Origin: Heterodontus francisci
Taxonomy: Eukaryota
Assembly: GCF_036365525.1 (NCBI RefSeq)
Contig: NC_090415.1
Location: 12,400,001-12,464,000, forward strand
Length of the DNA: 64,000 bases
Reading direction: 5' to 3'
The position numbers were made by a program, and so were the translations under genes. Under the pieces are notes generated by a model. It saw nothing but the letters and a program-made list of their open reading frames with translations, had not been told where the DNA came from and did no database searches. The stretch's first letter is position 1. Every line of letters begins with the position of its first letter. Shown here in pieces: positions 1 through 13,775 of this stretch.

Positions 1-49
1 GACCCCTTGACCTCCAGACACGTGGAGCTGGCAGCCAATGAGACCTCAC

Positions 50-87
50 TGACGCCAGAGCGGGAGGGCGGTGTCATCGGCCGCCAT
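50..87 (-). CDS. Possible first coding exon (MAADDTALPLWR...) of a gene running off the left edge
   Basis: Strong Kozak context AAC ATG GCG just downstream of the promoter motifs, followed by a candidate donor CA|GTGAGG at 49; product not recognised. Confidence 0.3.
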
Positions 88-330
88 GTTTGCGTGACGT
101 CACCCGCCTGCTACTTATTTCCGCAAACAGCAGCTGAAAGGAAAAGGTGAAGCGGCTTCAGCTCTCGATCTCAATGGGGGAAAGTTGAACGTCTGAGCCG
201 GGGGAGAATATGAAAAAGCGGCAGTTAACGCTCTTGTGGAGATGCGCATGTGCGGAGCATCCTCCCAGAGTGCAGCGCGGCCTATACCGCAGAATGGGGC
301 CGTTCCCAGTCGCGCGGCATTGTGGGAGCC
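50..330. promoter_or_regulatory. CpG-rich housekeeping-type promoter, possibly bidirectional
   Basis: CpG-rich. CRE TGACGTCA 95-102; NRF1-like TGCGCATGTGC 243-253; two opposed ZNF143/Staf-like sites, CTCCCAGAGTGCAGCGCG 262-279 (+) and CTCCCACAATGCCGCGCG 328-311 (-); AACATGGCGGCC (YY1/Kozak-like) on minus around 87. Confidence 0.65.
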
Positions 331-649
331 GCAGGACGCCATTGCCCCCTCATTAACTCAGTCAAAATTAACTCATTCCCTCTCAGCTCTCTATCCCTCC
401 TTTTCATATTGCAGGCTGACATGGGCTTTTTTGGCATCCATTACACCATCCCGGGTGTGATCAGATACTCTGTCCCTTCGTAATCGATTTCCCGTCCCTC
501 CAACATCTTGTGCTTTTCTCCTCCTGAAATGGTTGCTGAATTTGTTGGTCTTTTTCTCCTGGCTTCATAGCTAACCCTCTGTCCCTCTGTCTCTCTCCTA
601 GTGTCAAAGATAGCAGGAGGGAGAGAGAGGGGAAGACGGAGAAAGACAC

Positions 650-965
650 AGAGAACAACCCCAGCTTCTCCAATCTATCCACGAAACTGAAGGCCCTCAT
701 CCCTGGAACCTTGCTCGTGAATCTTTTATGCATCCTCTCTGCAGCCCCCACATCCTTCCTAAAGTATGGTGTCCAGAAATGGACACAATACTAGATGAAG
801 ATGAAGCAGTGTTTTATAAAGCTTCATCATAACCTCCTTGCTTTTATACTCTCAGCCTCTATTTACAAAGCCTGGATCCCATATGCCTTTTAACCACTTT
901 CTCAACCAGCCCTGCCACCTTCAATTTGTGCACAGACATCCCCAGGTCTCTCTGTTCCTGCACCC
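650..965 (-). mobile_element. CR1-group LINE RT C-terminal fragment
   Basis: Minus-strand translation ERMHKRFTSKVPGMRAFSFVDRLEKLGLFS resembles the CR1 ORF2 end. Confidence 0.75.
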
Positions 966-1059
966 ACTTCCTTCTCTTCTTAGGTTCCCATGACAGAGAG
1001 GGACAGAAGGACAGGGAGGTCTAGAAATAAGGAGGGAGAGAGAGAGCAAACAAACAGGA

Positions 1060-1312
1060 AACACATATGGGAACACCACCACCTGCAAGTTTCACTTCCA
1101 GTCTCACACCATCCTGACTTGGAACTATCTCACCATTCCTTCACTGTCACAAGGTCAAAATACTGGATCTCACTTTCTAACAGCACTGTGGGTGTACCTA
1201 CCCCACATGGACTGCAGCGGTTCAAGAAGGTTCAACAGCAATTCGTGATCGGCAATAAAATGCTGACATAGCCAGTAATGCACACATCCAACAAATGAAT
1301 AAAAAATAATAA
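1060..1312 (+). mobile_element. 3' end of the LINE family seen at 49140-51215
   Basis: Matches ~50960-51215 (gggaacaccaccacctgcaagtt...ggcaataaa...cacatc). Confidence 0.75.
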
Positions 1313-1350
1313 CAATTTGGCACCAAGTCACTAAAGGGGAGACCACTCGA

Positions 1351-2018
1351 GGGACAGAGACAGAGAGAGAAGGAGAAAGAGGGAAAGACAGAGAGACAGA
1401 GATAGAAGGACAGAGAGGGAAAGACAGATGGAGGGACAGAGGGAAAGACAGATGGAGGGAGAGAGAGAGAGACAGAGATAGAAGGAGAGAGAGGGAAAGA
1501 CAGAGAGACAGAGATAGAAGGACAGAGAGGGAAAGACAGAGAGGGAAAGACAGATGGAGGGACAGAGAGGGAAAGACAGATGGAGGAACATAGAGAGAGA
1601 GAGGCAGAGATGGAAGGAGAGAAAGGGAGAAATAGACAGGGAAAGACAGATGGAGGGACAGAGAGAGATACAGAGATAGGAGAGAGAGGGATTGTCAGGG
1701 AGGGAAAGACAGATGGAGGGACAGAGTGAGAGACAGAGAGAGAAGGAGACAGATGGAGTGACAGGGAAGGAAGGACAGATGGAGGGATAGAGGGATCGAG
1801 AGAGAGACATAGATAGAAGGAGAGAGAGGGAGTGACAGAGAGACAGGCAGAGACAGAGATAGAAGGAGAGAGAGGGAGTGACAAGGAGGGAAAGACAGAT
1901 GGAAAGACAGAGAGAGAGACAGAGAAAGAAGGAGAGAGAGGGAAAGACAGATGGAGGGACAGAGAGAGAAGGAGAGAGAGGGACTGTCAGGGAGGAAAAG
2001 ACAGATGAAGGGACAGAG
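1351..2018. repeat. Purine-rich (GA) compound microsatellite
   Basis: Reiterated GAGGGAAAGACAGATGGAGGGACAGAGA / GAGACAGAGATAGAAGGA units. Confidence 0.95.
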
Positions 2019-2043
2019 TGTTCGGTGCTGTATCACTCCATGA

Positions 2044-2905
2044 CTCTAAGTACTCCAGATTAGCCTCACCAAGGCCTTGTATAACTGCAGTATAACTGTG
2101 CTCCTGTACTCAAATCCTCTTGCAACTAAGGCCAACATACCATTTTCCTTCCTAATTGCTTGCGGCACCTGAATGCTTGCTTTCAGCGACTGGTGTACAA
2201 GGACACCCAGGTCTCGTTGCACCTCCCCCTTTCCCTATCTATCACTATTCAGATAATAACCTGCTTTACTGTTTTAAAACCAAAGTGGATAACTTCACTT
2301 TTATCCTATTTATATTTCATCTGCCACACAGTTGCCTACTCACCCAACTTGTCCAAATCACATTGGAGCCTTTTGCATCCTCCTCACAGCTCACAATCCC
2401 CACCCAAACCCCACCCCCAGCTCTGTGTCATCTGCAAACCTGGAAATGTTACATTTACTTCCCTCACCCAAGTCTGTAAGATATATTGTGAATAGCTGGG
2501 GCTCAAGCACAGTTTCCTGCAGTACCCCACTGGACCCTGCCTGCCACCCAGAAATATACCCATTTATTCCTGCTCTGTTTCCTGTCTGTCAACTAATTCC
2601 CAATCCCTGCCAGTATATTACCCCCAATCCCATGTGCTTTAATTTTGCACACTAACCTCTTATGTGGGACCTTGTCAAAAGCCTTCTGAAAATCCAAATG
2701 CACCACATCCACTAGTTCTCCATTATCGAGTCTGCTAGTTACATCCTCAAAAAACTCCAGTGGATTTGTTAAGCATGACTTCCCTTTCGTAAAACTATCA
2801 CATCCTTTATAATAGACTCCAGCATTTTCCCCACCACTGATGTAAGGTTACATTTTCCACCCTCCAATCTGTATGAACTGCTCCAGAGTCTACAGAATTT
2901 TGGAA
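2044..2905 (-). mobile_element. Decayed CR1-group LINE ORF2 fragment
   Basis: Minus-strand motif LTSVVGKMLESIIKD plus remnants of the AFDKVPH and FADD regions. Confidence 0.75.
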
Positions 2906-4082
2906 TATCCGGTACTTCATATGTATCTCGGGCATTGTGGTGACAATTCACACGTTAATGTATCAATATGTGTTTACTTGTGTTTAATTTAAAATATGGA
3001 TTAACAATGTTTTATTGCTGTAGGTTTTATTCAATTCTTGTTTGTGAGTTGTGACTTTTTATCCAATTTGTATCTCTGCAAAAGCAATTGTGAATGACAA
3101 TCTTTCAATTTTAGAGTATGACCTGACATGTAATGTTAAATTCCATCAGTTTGTAGTAAATGAATTAATCCTGTATGTTTTTGTCTGACCCTTAGTGACA
3201 TGTTTGGACTGCTGTGTAATTTGTAGCTCAGTTTATATTGTGGGGTACGTTATTGTGATTCATTCTGTAGCTTTCAATCAGGTACATTTTGTCTGTTCTG
3301 TTTAAGATTTGGTATTTGAATTGTAGCCAAGGTGACACAGTGTATTTAAATCAGATAATGTGTGTGTTTTTGGACTGTGAATCATGTATGTACCAGTCAG
3401 TTGGAGAGAAATAGAAACAAATACTATCTCTACTGCTCTGTTTGACTATTGGATTGATAATGTGTCTCTTTGGGATCAGTGTGGGTCTGACTACTTCTTT
3501 TGTTTGTAACAGTGGAAATGATGACCTGACCGTGTCACTGTGCTTTGTGACTGATACTGTACCTAATATGTGTTGGAACGAGCTGGGGGTACTTTTCCAT
3601 CTATTGATGAGTCATGACTTTCGTTCTGGTTCCTTCGAGTGTTTGCCTGGCAGAAAAAAAAGGTAACTCTTACACTTGAAGTACAGGTGAGTGAGAAGAC
3701 ACAAAAGTGATCAATGTAATATTTTCAATAATAATCATTCTGAGCAATCACAAAAGGAAAGTTCACACATAAGTAGTGTCAGTGTCTGAGTCCACTGCAG
3801 TACTCTGCTTCTGTTTCCCAGGTATTTGGAGCAGTTTTACAGCAATGTTGTGACATTCAGAAACAACCCATGCCCTGCACTGCTCAATGACCCGGACGAC
3901 TCAATGGAGAAGTGACATTTGCACAAGCCAGAGTTCTATTTTCATGTCCAATTGTTCAATGGACAAGAAGTAATAACTGTTTAAAAAAGTGTCCTTAATC
4001 TCCTCACCTGATCCTGCAATAGACAGTCTTTGAAAATCTGCCGTGTCTACATTATTCAGCCATTTTTATTCCGCCATTCATC

Positions 4083-4420
4083 GAGAGATACAATACCTAA
4101 ACAGGCCCTTCAGCCCATCGAGTCCTTCCTGACCACCAACCACCCATTTATACCAATCTATGTTAATCCCATTTCTACCTCTAAAGTCCCCACTATTCTC
4201 CTACAACATACCTACACCAGGGGCATTGTTGTTATACAATGGCTAATTTACCTATCAACCTGCAAGTCTTTGGCATGTGGAAGGAAACCAGAGCACATAG
4301 CGGAAACCCATGCAGTCACAGGAAAAATTTGCAAAATCCACACAAGCAGTACGAAGCCCCAGACCAATGTCACTGGAGCTGTGAGGCTGCGGTGCTAGCC
4401 ACTGTGCCACTCTGCCACCC
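4083..4420 (-). mobile_element. HE1/V-SINE-type tRNA-derived SINE
   Basis: tRNA-like head, GGTTTCCTTCCACA V-domain-like core, CR1-like 3' tail; absent from the paralog at ~14000. Confidence 0.85.
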
Positions 4421-4671
4421 AATTCACTATCCAACAACAACAAACAGTGAGATATTGAATCCAAACCAGGAACGTTCATTACAGTTTGGAGAGAGAAATC
4501 AGCAATGATTTTGAAAAGGGAGTTCATCATATTCTGTCTCTCTCTCTCTCTCTCTCTCTGTCCAGACAGTGCCCGAGAAAGACCTCTCCCTTTCCCCTGG
4601 CTCACTCCATGTTCCTGGACCAGTTCCTGCTTCACAGTGCATATTACAAACAGTCCCCCAGTCCTGCTGAA

Positions 4672-7600
4672 TTAGCAGAAGTAGACCATTCAGTCGCTCG
4701 AGCTTGCTCCGCTATTCAATTTGTTCATGGCTGATCAATTTCTGAGTTGAATTCCACACTCCCATCTATGCCTGATAATCTTTGATTCCCTTGCCTAACA
4801 AGAATCTATCTACCCCTGCCTTAAAAATATTCAATTACCCCACCTCCACCACCTTCTGAGGCAGAGAATTCCAAAGTTGCACAACCCTCGGAGAGAAAAA
4901 ATCTCATCTCTGTCCTAAAATGGCCACCCCTAATTGGAAAACAGCATCCCCGAGTTTTGAACTCATCCACAAGAGGAAACATCCTTTCCCCATCCACTTG
5001 TCAAGACCATTCACGATGTTATACACTTCAATCAAGTCTCCAGTTATCTGGTACAGAGTCTGTCCCTGTTGCTCAGAAGGGAAAGGGGAAGAGGAGCAGA
5101 ACATTAGTCATTGGGGATTCCATAGTTAGGGGAACAGATAGGAGGTTCTGTGGGAATGTGAGAGACTCACGGTTGGTATGTTGCCTCCCAGGTGCCAGGG
5201 TTCGTGATGTCTCGGATCGTGTTTTTGGGATCCTTAAGGGGGAGGGGGAGCAGCCCCAAGTCGTGGTCCACATAGGCACCAACGACATAGGTCGGAAGAG
5301 AGATGGGGATTTAAGACAGAAATTCAGGGAGCTAGGGTGGAAGCTTAGAGCGAGAACAAACAGAGTTGTTATCTCTGGGTTGTTGCCCGTGCCACGTGAT
5401 AGCGAAGCGAGGAATAGGGAGAGAGAGGAGTTGAATACGTGGCTGCAGGGATGGTGCAGGAAGGAGGGTTTTGGTTTCCTGGATAATTGGGGCTCTTTCT
5501 GGGGTAGGTGGGACCTCTACAAACAGGATGGTCTTCACCTGAACCAGAGGGGTACCAATATCCTGGGGGGGGAGATTTGCTAGTGCTCTTCGGGGGGGTT
5601 TAAACTAATTCAGCAGGGGAATGGGAACCTAAATTGTAGTGCCAGTGTACAGGATGTTGAGAGTAGTGAGGTCAGGGATATGGTTACAAGGACGCAAGAG
5701 GGCACTGGCAAGCAAGAACCTGGTTTAAAGTGTGTCTATTTCAACGCCAGGAGCATCCGGAATAAGGTGGGTGAGCTTGCAGCATGGGTTGGTACCTGGG
5801 ATCTCGATGTAGTGGCCATTTCGGAGACATGGGTAGAGCAGGGGCAGGAATGGATGTTGCAGATTCCGGGATTTAGATGTTTCAGTAAGAACAGAGAAGA
5901 TGGTAAAAGAGGGGGGGGTGTGGCATTGTTAATCATGGAGAGTACTACAGCGACAGAAAGGACGTTTGAGGACTCGTCTGCTGAGGTAGTATGGGCCGAG
6001 GTTAGAAACAGGAGAGGTGAGGTTACCCTGTTGGGAGTCTTTTATAGACCTCCGAATAGTTCCAGAGATGTAGAGGAAAGGTAGCGAAGATGATTCTCGA
6101 CAGGGGCGAGAGTAACAGGGTAGTTGTTATGGGGGACTTTAACTTTCCAAATATCGACAGGAAATACTATAGTTCGAGTACTTTAGATGGGTCAGTTTTT
6201 GTCCAGTGTGTGCAGGAGGGTTTTCTGACACAGTATGTAGACAGGCCAACCAGGGGCGATGCCACATTGGATTTGGTACTGGGAAATGAACCCGGCCAGG
6301 TGTTAGATTTAGATGTAGATGAGCACTTTGGTGATAGTGAGCACAATTCGGTTAGGTTTACCTTCGCGATGGGCAGGGACAGGTATATACCGCAGGGCAA
6401 GAATTATAGCTGGGGGAAAGGAAATTATGACGCGATTAGGCAAGATTTAGGATGCGTAGGATGGGGAAGGAAACTGCAGGGGATGGGAACAATCGAAATG
6501 TGGAGCTTATTCAAGGAGCAGCTACTGTGTGTCCTTGATAAGTATGTACCTGTGAGGCAGGGAGGAAGTTGTCGAGCGAGGGAGCCGTGGTTTACTAAAG
6601 AAGTTGAAGCGCTTGTCAAGAGGAAGAAGGCGGCTTATGTTAGGATGAGACGTGAAGGCTCAGTTAGGGCGCTTGAGAGCTACAAGCTAGCCAGGAAGGA
6701 TCTAAAGGGAGAGCTAAGAAGAGCAAGGAGAGGACACGAGAAGTCATTGGCGGATAGGATCAGGGAAAACCCTAAGGCTTTCTATAGGTATATCAGGAAT
6801 AAAAGAATGACTAGAGTTAGATTAGGGCCAATCAAGGATAGCAGTGGGAAGTTGTGTGTGGAATCAGAGGAGATAGGGGAAGTGTGAAATGAATATTTTG
6901 CGTCAGTATTTACAGTAGAGAAAGAAAATGTTGTTGAGAATACTGAGATTCAGGCTACTAGGCTAGATGGGATTGAGGTTCACAAGGAGGAGGTGTTATC
7001 AATTTTGGAAAGTGTGAAAATAGATAAGTCCCCTGGGCCAGATGGGATTTATCCTAGGATTCTCTGGGAAGCTAGGGAGCAGATTGCAGAGCCTTTGTCC
7101 TTGATCTTTATGTCGTCATTGTCGACAGGAATAGTGCTGGAAGACTGGAGGATAGCAAATGTTGTCCCCTTGTTCAAGAAGGCGAGTAGAGACAGCCCTG
7201 GTAATTATAGACCTGTGAGCCTTACTTCGGTTGTGGGTAAAATGTTGGAAAAGGTTATAAGAGACAGGATTTATAATCATCTTGAAAAGAATAAGTTCAT
7301 TAGAGATAGTCAGCACGGTTTTGTGACTGGTAGGTCGTGCCTCACAAACCTTATTGAGTTTTTCGAGAAGGTGACCAAACAGGTGGATGAGGGTAAAGCA
7401 GTGGATGTGGTGTATATGGATTTCAGTAAGGCGTTTGATAAGGTTCCCCACGGTAGGCTATTGCAGAAAATACGGAAGTATGGGGTTGAAGGTGATTTAG
7501 AGCTTTGGATCAGGCTAGCTGAAAGAAGACAGAGGGTGGTGGTTGATGGCAAATGTTCATCCTGGAGTTTAGTTACTAGTGGTGTACCGCAAGGATCTGT

Positions 7601-10600
7601 TTTGGGGCCACTGCTGTTTGTCATTTTTATAAATGACCTGGAAGAGGGTGTAGAAGGGTGGGTTAGTAAATTTGCAGATGACACTAAGGTCGGTGGAGTT
7701 GTGGATAGTGCCGAAGGATGTTGTAGGGTACAGAGGGACATAGATAGGCTGCAGAGCTGGGCTGAGAGATGGCAAATGGAGTTTAATGCGAAAAAGTGTG
7801 AGGTGACTCACTTTGGAAGGAGTAACAGGAATGCAGAGTACTGGGCTAATGGGAAGATTCTTGGTAGTGTAGATGAACAGAGAGATCTTGGTGTCCAGGT
7901 GCATAAATCCCTGAAGGTTGCTACCCAGGTTAATAGGGCTGTTAAGAAGGCATATGGTGTGTTAGCTTTTATTAGTAGGGGGATCGAGTTTCGGAGCCAC
8001 GAGGTCATGCTGCAGCTGTACAAAACTCTGGTGAGACCGCACCTGGAGTATTGCGTGCAGTTCTGGTCACCGCATTATAGGAAGGATGTGGAAGCTATGG
8101 AAAGCGTGCAGAGGAGATTTACTAGGATGTTGCCTGGTATGGAGGGAAGGTCTTACGAGGAAAGGCTGAGGGACTTGAGGTTGTTTTCGTTGGAGAGAAG
8201 GAGGAGAGGTGACTTAATAGAGACATATAAGATAATCAGAGGGTTAGATAGGGTGGATAGTAAGAGTCTTTTTCCTCGGATGGTGATGGCAAACACGAGG
8301 GGACATAGCTTCAAGTTGAGGGGTGATAGATATAGGACAGATGTGAGAGGTAGTTTCTTTACTCAGAGAGTAGTAAGGGCGTGGAACGCCCTGCCTGCAG
8401 CAGTAGTAGATTCGCAACTTTATGGGCATTTAAGTGGTCATTGGATAGACATGTGGATGAAAATGGAATAGTGTAGGTCAGATGGTTTCACAGGTCAGCG
8501 CAACATCGAGGGCCGAAGGGCCTGTACTGCGCTGTAATGTTCTAATTTCTAATTTCTCCCCTCACTCTTCTAAACTCCAGTGAAGAAAAGCCCAGTCTGT
8601 CCAATTTCTGAGTTGAATTCCACACTCCCATCTATGCCTGATAATCTTTGATTCCCTTGCCTAACAAGAATCTATCTACCCCTGCCTTAAAAATATTCAA
8701 TTACCCCACCTCCACCACCTTCTGAGGCAGAGAATTCCAAAGTTGCACAACCCTCAGAGAGAAAAAAATCTCATCTCTGTCCTAAAATGGCGACCCCTAA
8801 TTCGAAAACAGCACCCCCGAGTTCTGAACTCATCCACAAGAGGAAACATCCTTTCCCCATCCACTTGTCAAGACCATTCAGGATCTTATACACTTCAATC
8901 AAGTCTCCCCTCACTCTTCTGAACTCCAGTGAAGAAAAGCCCAGTCTGTCCAACCTTTCCTCATAAGACAACCCACTGATTCCAGGTATCAATCTAATAA
9001 ACCTCCTGTGAAACGCCTCCAACACATTTACTTCCTTCCTGAAATATGGAGACTAAAACTGCACGCAGTATTCAAGATGTGGTCACACCAATGCCCTGTA
9101 TAACTGAAGCACAACATTCTTCCATTTATTTTCAATTCCTCTCATGATAAAGGATAGTATTCCATTTTCCTTCTTGATGACTTGCTGTACCTGCATACTA
9201 ACTTTTCATGACTCATGCACCAGAACACCGAGATCCCTCTGCACCTCGGAATTATGCAGTTGTTCACCATTTAAGTAATACTTTGTTTTTTTAATCTTCC
9301 AGACAAAGTGAACAACTTCACATTTTTTGACATTACACTTCATCTGCCAGATTTCTGACCACTCACTCAACCATCTATCAAGGTCTGCAACCTCCTTATG
9401 TCCTCTCCACAACACACTTTCCTACCGATCTGTGTGTCATCTGCAAATTTAACTGCCATGCCATTGCTCCCCTCATCTAGGTTATGGATATAAATTGTAA
9501 AAAGTTGTGGGCCCAGCACAGACCCCTGTGTTACTCCACTTATCACATCCTCCCGATCAGAATGTTTTCTGTCAGCCAGCCAATCTTCGATCCATGCTAA
9601 TTAAGTTACCCACTACACCATGAACTCCTGCTTTGCACAATAACCTTTCATGTGGCACCTTGACAAAGGCCTTCTTGAAAACCAAATACTGTATGTCAAT
9701 GGGCTCCCCTTTATCCCCAGTGCATTTTCCTCCTTGAAAGAACTCTAATACTTTGGTTAACCATGATTTCCCTTTCACATCGCCATGCTGAACATTTCCA
9801 ATGACCTTGTGTTTTTCTAAATGCCCAGCTATCGCCTCCTTAATGATCAATTCTAATGCCTTCCCTGAATCAGGGGTCAAGCTAACTGGCCTTTAGTTAC
9901 CCAATTTCTGCCTCCCCACCTTCTTGAATAGAAGGGTTATATTTGCTACTTTCCAGTCTGATGGAACCTTTCTAGAATCAAGCGAATCTTGAAAAAATAA
10001 CAACGAGTCAACTATTTCAGCAGCCATAACTTTAAGGACCCGAGGATGAAGCCCATCAGGACCCAGAGACTTGTCAGCCAGCAGCTCCATCAGTTTATTC
10101 AGTACCACTTCCCTGGTGATTGTAACTTCACCAAGTTCCTCTCTTCCTTCCACCTCCTGATTTACTGCTATTACTGAAATATTTTGTGTATCCTCTAGTG
10201 AAGACAGAAGCCAAATAATTGTTCATTTCAACCACCATTTCCTTATTCGCTACTATTAACTCCCCATTCTCATTCTCTAAAGGACCAACACTCACTTTAC
10301 TTACACTTTTCCTTTTTAAATACCTATAGAAACACTTGCTATCCGTTTTTACATTTCTGGCTAATTTTCTGTCATAATCTAATTTATTTTCCCCTGATTA
10401 ACCTTTTAGACATTCTCTGCCTTTCATTATATTCTGACCAATCATCTGACCTGCCACTCGTCTTTGCACTATTATATGCATTTTCTTTAAGGTTGAGGTT
10501 ATCATTAACTTCTTTAGTTAACCATGGATGGTGACTCCTCCCCTTGGAATTTTACTTTACTGTAGGAGTATACTTTGAGTATTCTGAAATATCCCCTTAA

Positions 10601-11720
10601 ATGTCTGCCACTGCTTCTCTATTAATTTATCTCCAAGCCTAGAAACCCCGTTCAATTCAGCTAGCTCAGCTTGCATGCCCACATAGTTGTCCTTATTTAA
10701 GTTTAAAATACTCGTCTTAGACCCAATCCTCTCAATTTCAAACTGGATGCAAAATTCAATCATATTGTGGTTGCTGCTACCTCGAGGTTCCTTTACTCTG
10801 AGGTCATTAATGAACCCTGTTAAATTACACAATACCAAATCTAATATAACCCTGGCTGGATGGTTCCAGAATGTACTGCTCTAAGAAACTATCTCAAAAA
10901 GCATTCTATGAACTCCTCGTCCAGGCTGCTATAACCAATCTGAATTTTCCGGTTGAAATGTTGAACAAAATCCTCATTATTATTTCTATCCCTTTATCAC
11001 AAGCACCCAAAATTTCTAATTGGATACTTCACCCTACATTGTCATTATTGCTTGGGGGCCTGTACACAACTCCCACGAGTGACTTCTTTCCCCGACTATT
11101 CCTCATCATCACCCAAACCGATTCTACATCCTGATCTCCTGAAGCAAGGTCATCTCTAACTATTGCACCAATGCCATCCTTGATTAACATTGCAACCCCT
11201 CCACCTTTACCTAGCTTCCTATTCTTCTTGAATGCTGTATATGCCTCAGTATTCAGGACCCAACCATTGTTATCTTGTAGCCAAGTCTCTGTAATGGCTA
11301 TTATATCATATTGATTTACTTCAATGTGCACTATCTGTTCCTCTACCTTGTTATGAATGCTATGTGCATTCACATACAGAGCCTTAGATTTTTATTATCT
11401 TTGTAACCCCTCGTGTGGACTGTTGGTGTGTTCTTAGGTTTTTTTCTCTCTGTCCCTTCCGCCATTCACTGGTCTTCATTTCCCATATTACTATTCTGCT
11501 CTCTGACCTTGACTCTACCCCTTGATTTGTTGCATCTACCCAAGCTTGATCCCTCTGTTTAGTTCAAAGCCCTCTCTATTTCCCTAGTTATGCAGTTTGC
11601 CAGAACACTGGTTCAAGCCATTTCAGGTGCAGACCGTCAGAATGGTACAGCCCCCATTTTCTCCGGTAATGGTGCCAGTGCCCCATGAACTGAACCCCAC
11701 TTCTCCCACACCAGTCTTTT
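4672..11720 (-). mobile_element. Old near-full-length CR1-group LINE (host), interrupted by a younger CR1 at 5042-8554
   Basis: Minus-strand fragments: APE (NAHSIHNK, ITETWL, GVVYRPP, 11029-11373), RT (KSLGPDGLHPRVL, KAFVKVPH), C-terminus (RRFIRLIPG) and 3' UTR; many stops. Confidence 0.85.
5042..8554 (+). mobile_element. Young 5'-truncated CR1 LINE: ORF1 SGNH-esterase domain plus ORF2 APE-RT, inactivated
   Basis: ORF1 GDSIVRG, HIGTNDI, DGLHLN; ORF2 ISETW, GDFN, FSKAFDKVPH, GVPQGSVLGP, FADD; stops or frameshifts near 6084 and 6887; (TTCTAA)n-type tail; possible TCTCC TSD at 5037-5041 and 8555-8559. Confidence 0.95.
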
Positions 11721-12270
11721 GGAGTGTAAGTGTCAATGTATACCTCTCAATTCCCTAGTCTACAATTTATCTCTGTCTGTTTCTGATTTTGAGTGTGAGT
11801 TTTTCTGTACCTGTTTTATGTGGGAATCATCTTATTCTGACCCTTTCAGATTTTGATGTGTCTGTGTGTCTGGCTTGTACTTTATCCCCATCAGTTTAGG
11901 GTATGTGAGTGTGGATTTGACTGTTAATGTTACATTCTTGGGAATATATATATAAAAAAAAAAAGATATGGGGGTTCACATTTCATCTTTGATTGTCTAG
12001 AAGGCCAATTTAAGGTTTAACCTGTGCCCTTAAATTTCTAACATGTAGCTGTAGTTTTTAACCTGTCACTGTCACTATCTGTTATAAGAGGAAGGATATC
12101 ATTCTGGTTTTTAATTGTGGATTTTTCACCACATCTCTACATTGTCTCGGAAGTGAATGTGATTTTCAGTCTGTACATGCCTGTTTCTAACATAGGGCTC
12201 TGAGGTTTAATTTGTACATGTCATTCTCTGGTATGTGACGGCCAATTTTATTCTGAACCTGTCAGTTTTT

Positions 12271-12545
12271 GTCTGCGCGGAGTTTGCAAGTTCTCCCTGT
12301 GACCGCATGGTTTTCTGCAGGGTGCTCTGGTTTCCTCCCACAGCCAAAGACTTGCAGGTTGATAGGTGAATTGGCCATTGTAAATTCCCTCTAGTGTTGG
12401 TAGGAGAATGGTGGGGATGTGGTCGGGAATATGGGGTTAATGTAGGATTGGTATAAATGGGTGGTTGTTGGTCGGCAGAGACTCGGTGGGCTGAAGGGCC
12501 TGTTTCAGTGCTGCATCTCTAAATAAATAAAATAAATAAATAAAT
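12271..12545 (+). mobile_element. 5'-truncated HE1/V-SINE-type SINE
   Basis: GGTTTCCTCCCACA core and (TAAA)n tail. Confidence 0.85.
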
Positions 12546-13602
12546 ATATGCAAGTTACTGATACTGTGTCTGTATATTTGATTCATTCCTGATCTGTGAG
12601 GCTCTGGCACCCTGTTTGACTGTAGGATTCACTCTGCATCTATGTGTCTTTGTGCTGTATGTGAGTTGAGATCCTGCTGTATTCAGGACTTAATATATAT
12701 TTCAGGCACTGTGTTGGCAATGCTTTGTTTCACACGTTAATGTATCAATATGTGTTTAATTTAAAATATGGTTAAACAAAATTTTATTGCTGTAGGTTTT
12801 ATGCAATTCTTGTTTGAGTTGCAGTTTGGTATCCAATTGTAGCTCTGCAAAAGCAATTATGAATGACGATCTTTCAATTTTAGAGCATGACCCGATATGT
12901 AATGTCAAATTCCATCCGTTTGTAGAGAATGAATTAATCCTATGTGTTTTTGTCTGACTCTGAGTGACATGTTTGGACTGGTGTGTAATTTGTAGCTCAG
13001 TTTATATTGTGGGGTACGTTATTGGGATTCATTCTGTAGCTTTCAATCAGGTACATTTTGTCTGTTCTACTTAAGATTTGGGAATTGATTTGTAGTCAAG
13101 GTGACACAATGTATTTAAATCTGATAATGTGTGTGTTTTTGGACTGTGATTGATATATCTACCAGTCAGTTGGAGTGAAATAGAAATGACGACTATCTCT
13201 ACTGCTCTGTTTGACTATTGAATTGATAATGTGTCTCTTTGGGGTCAGTGTTGGTCTGACTACTTCTTTTGTTTGTTCCAGTGGAAATGATGACCTGACC
13301 ATGTCAGTGTGCTTTGTGACTGATACTGTACCTACTGTATATTGGAACGAGCTGGATGCACATTTCCTTCTGTCGAGGAGTCATGCCTTTCCATCTGGTT
13401 CCTTCAACTGTCTGCCTGCAGAAAAAGAAAGGTAACTCTTATACTTGAATAACAGCTGAGTGAGAAGACAGAAAAGTGATCAATGTAATCTTTACAATAA
13501 TAAACATTCTGAACAATCACAAAAGGAAAGTTAACAACACAAGCAGTGTCAGTGTCTGAGTCCACTGTAGTACTGCAGAACTCTGCTTTTACTTGCCAGG
13601 TA

Positions 13603-13775
13603 TTTTATTTATTTTTTATTTAGAGATACAGCACTGAAACAGGCCCTTCGGCCCACCGAGTCTGTGCCGACCATCAACCACCCATTTATACTAATCCTGC
13701 ACTAATCCCATATTCCTACCACATCCTCACCTGTCCCTATATTTCCCTCCAACCTACCTATACGAGGGGCAATTT
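13603..13775 (-). mobile_element. SINE 3' fragment
   Basis: Same 3' tail as the other SINEs; absent from the paralog at ~3825. Confidence 0.85.

Noticed and set aside
1222-2063. Long S/L/P-rich and R/E-rich ORFs
   Set aside because: Translation artefacts of the GA microsatellite.
5042-8554. Active autonomous CR1
   Set aside because: 5'-truncated, with premature stops and frameshifts in ORF2.
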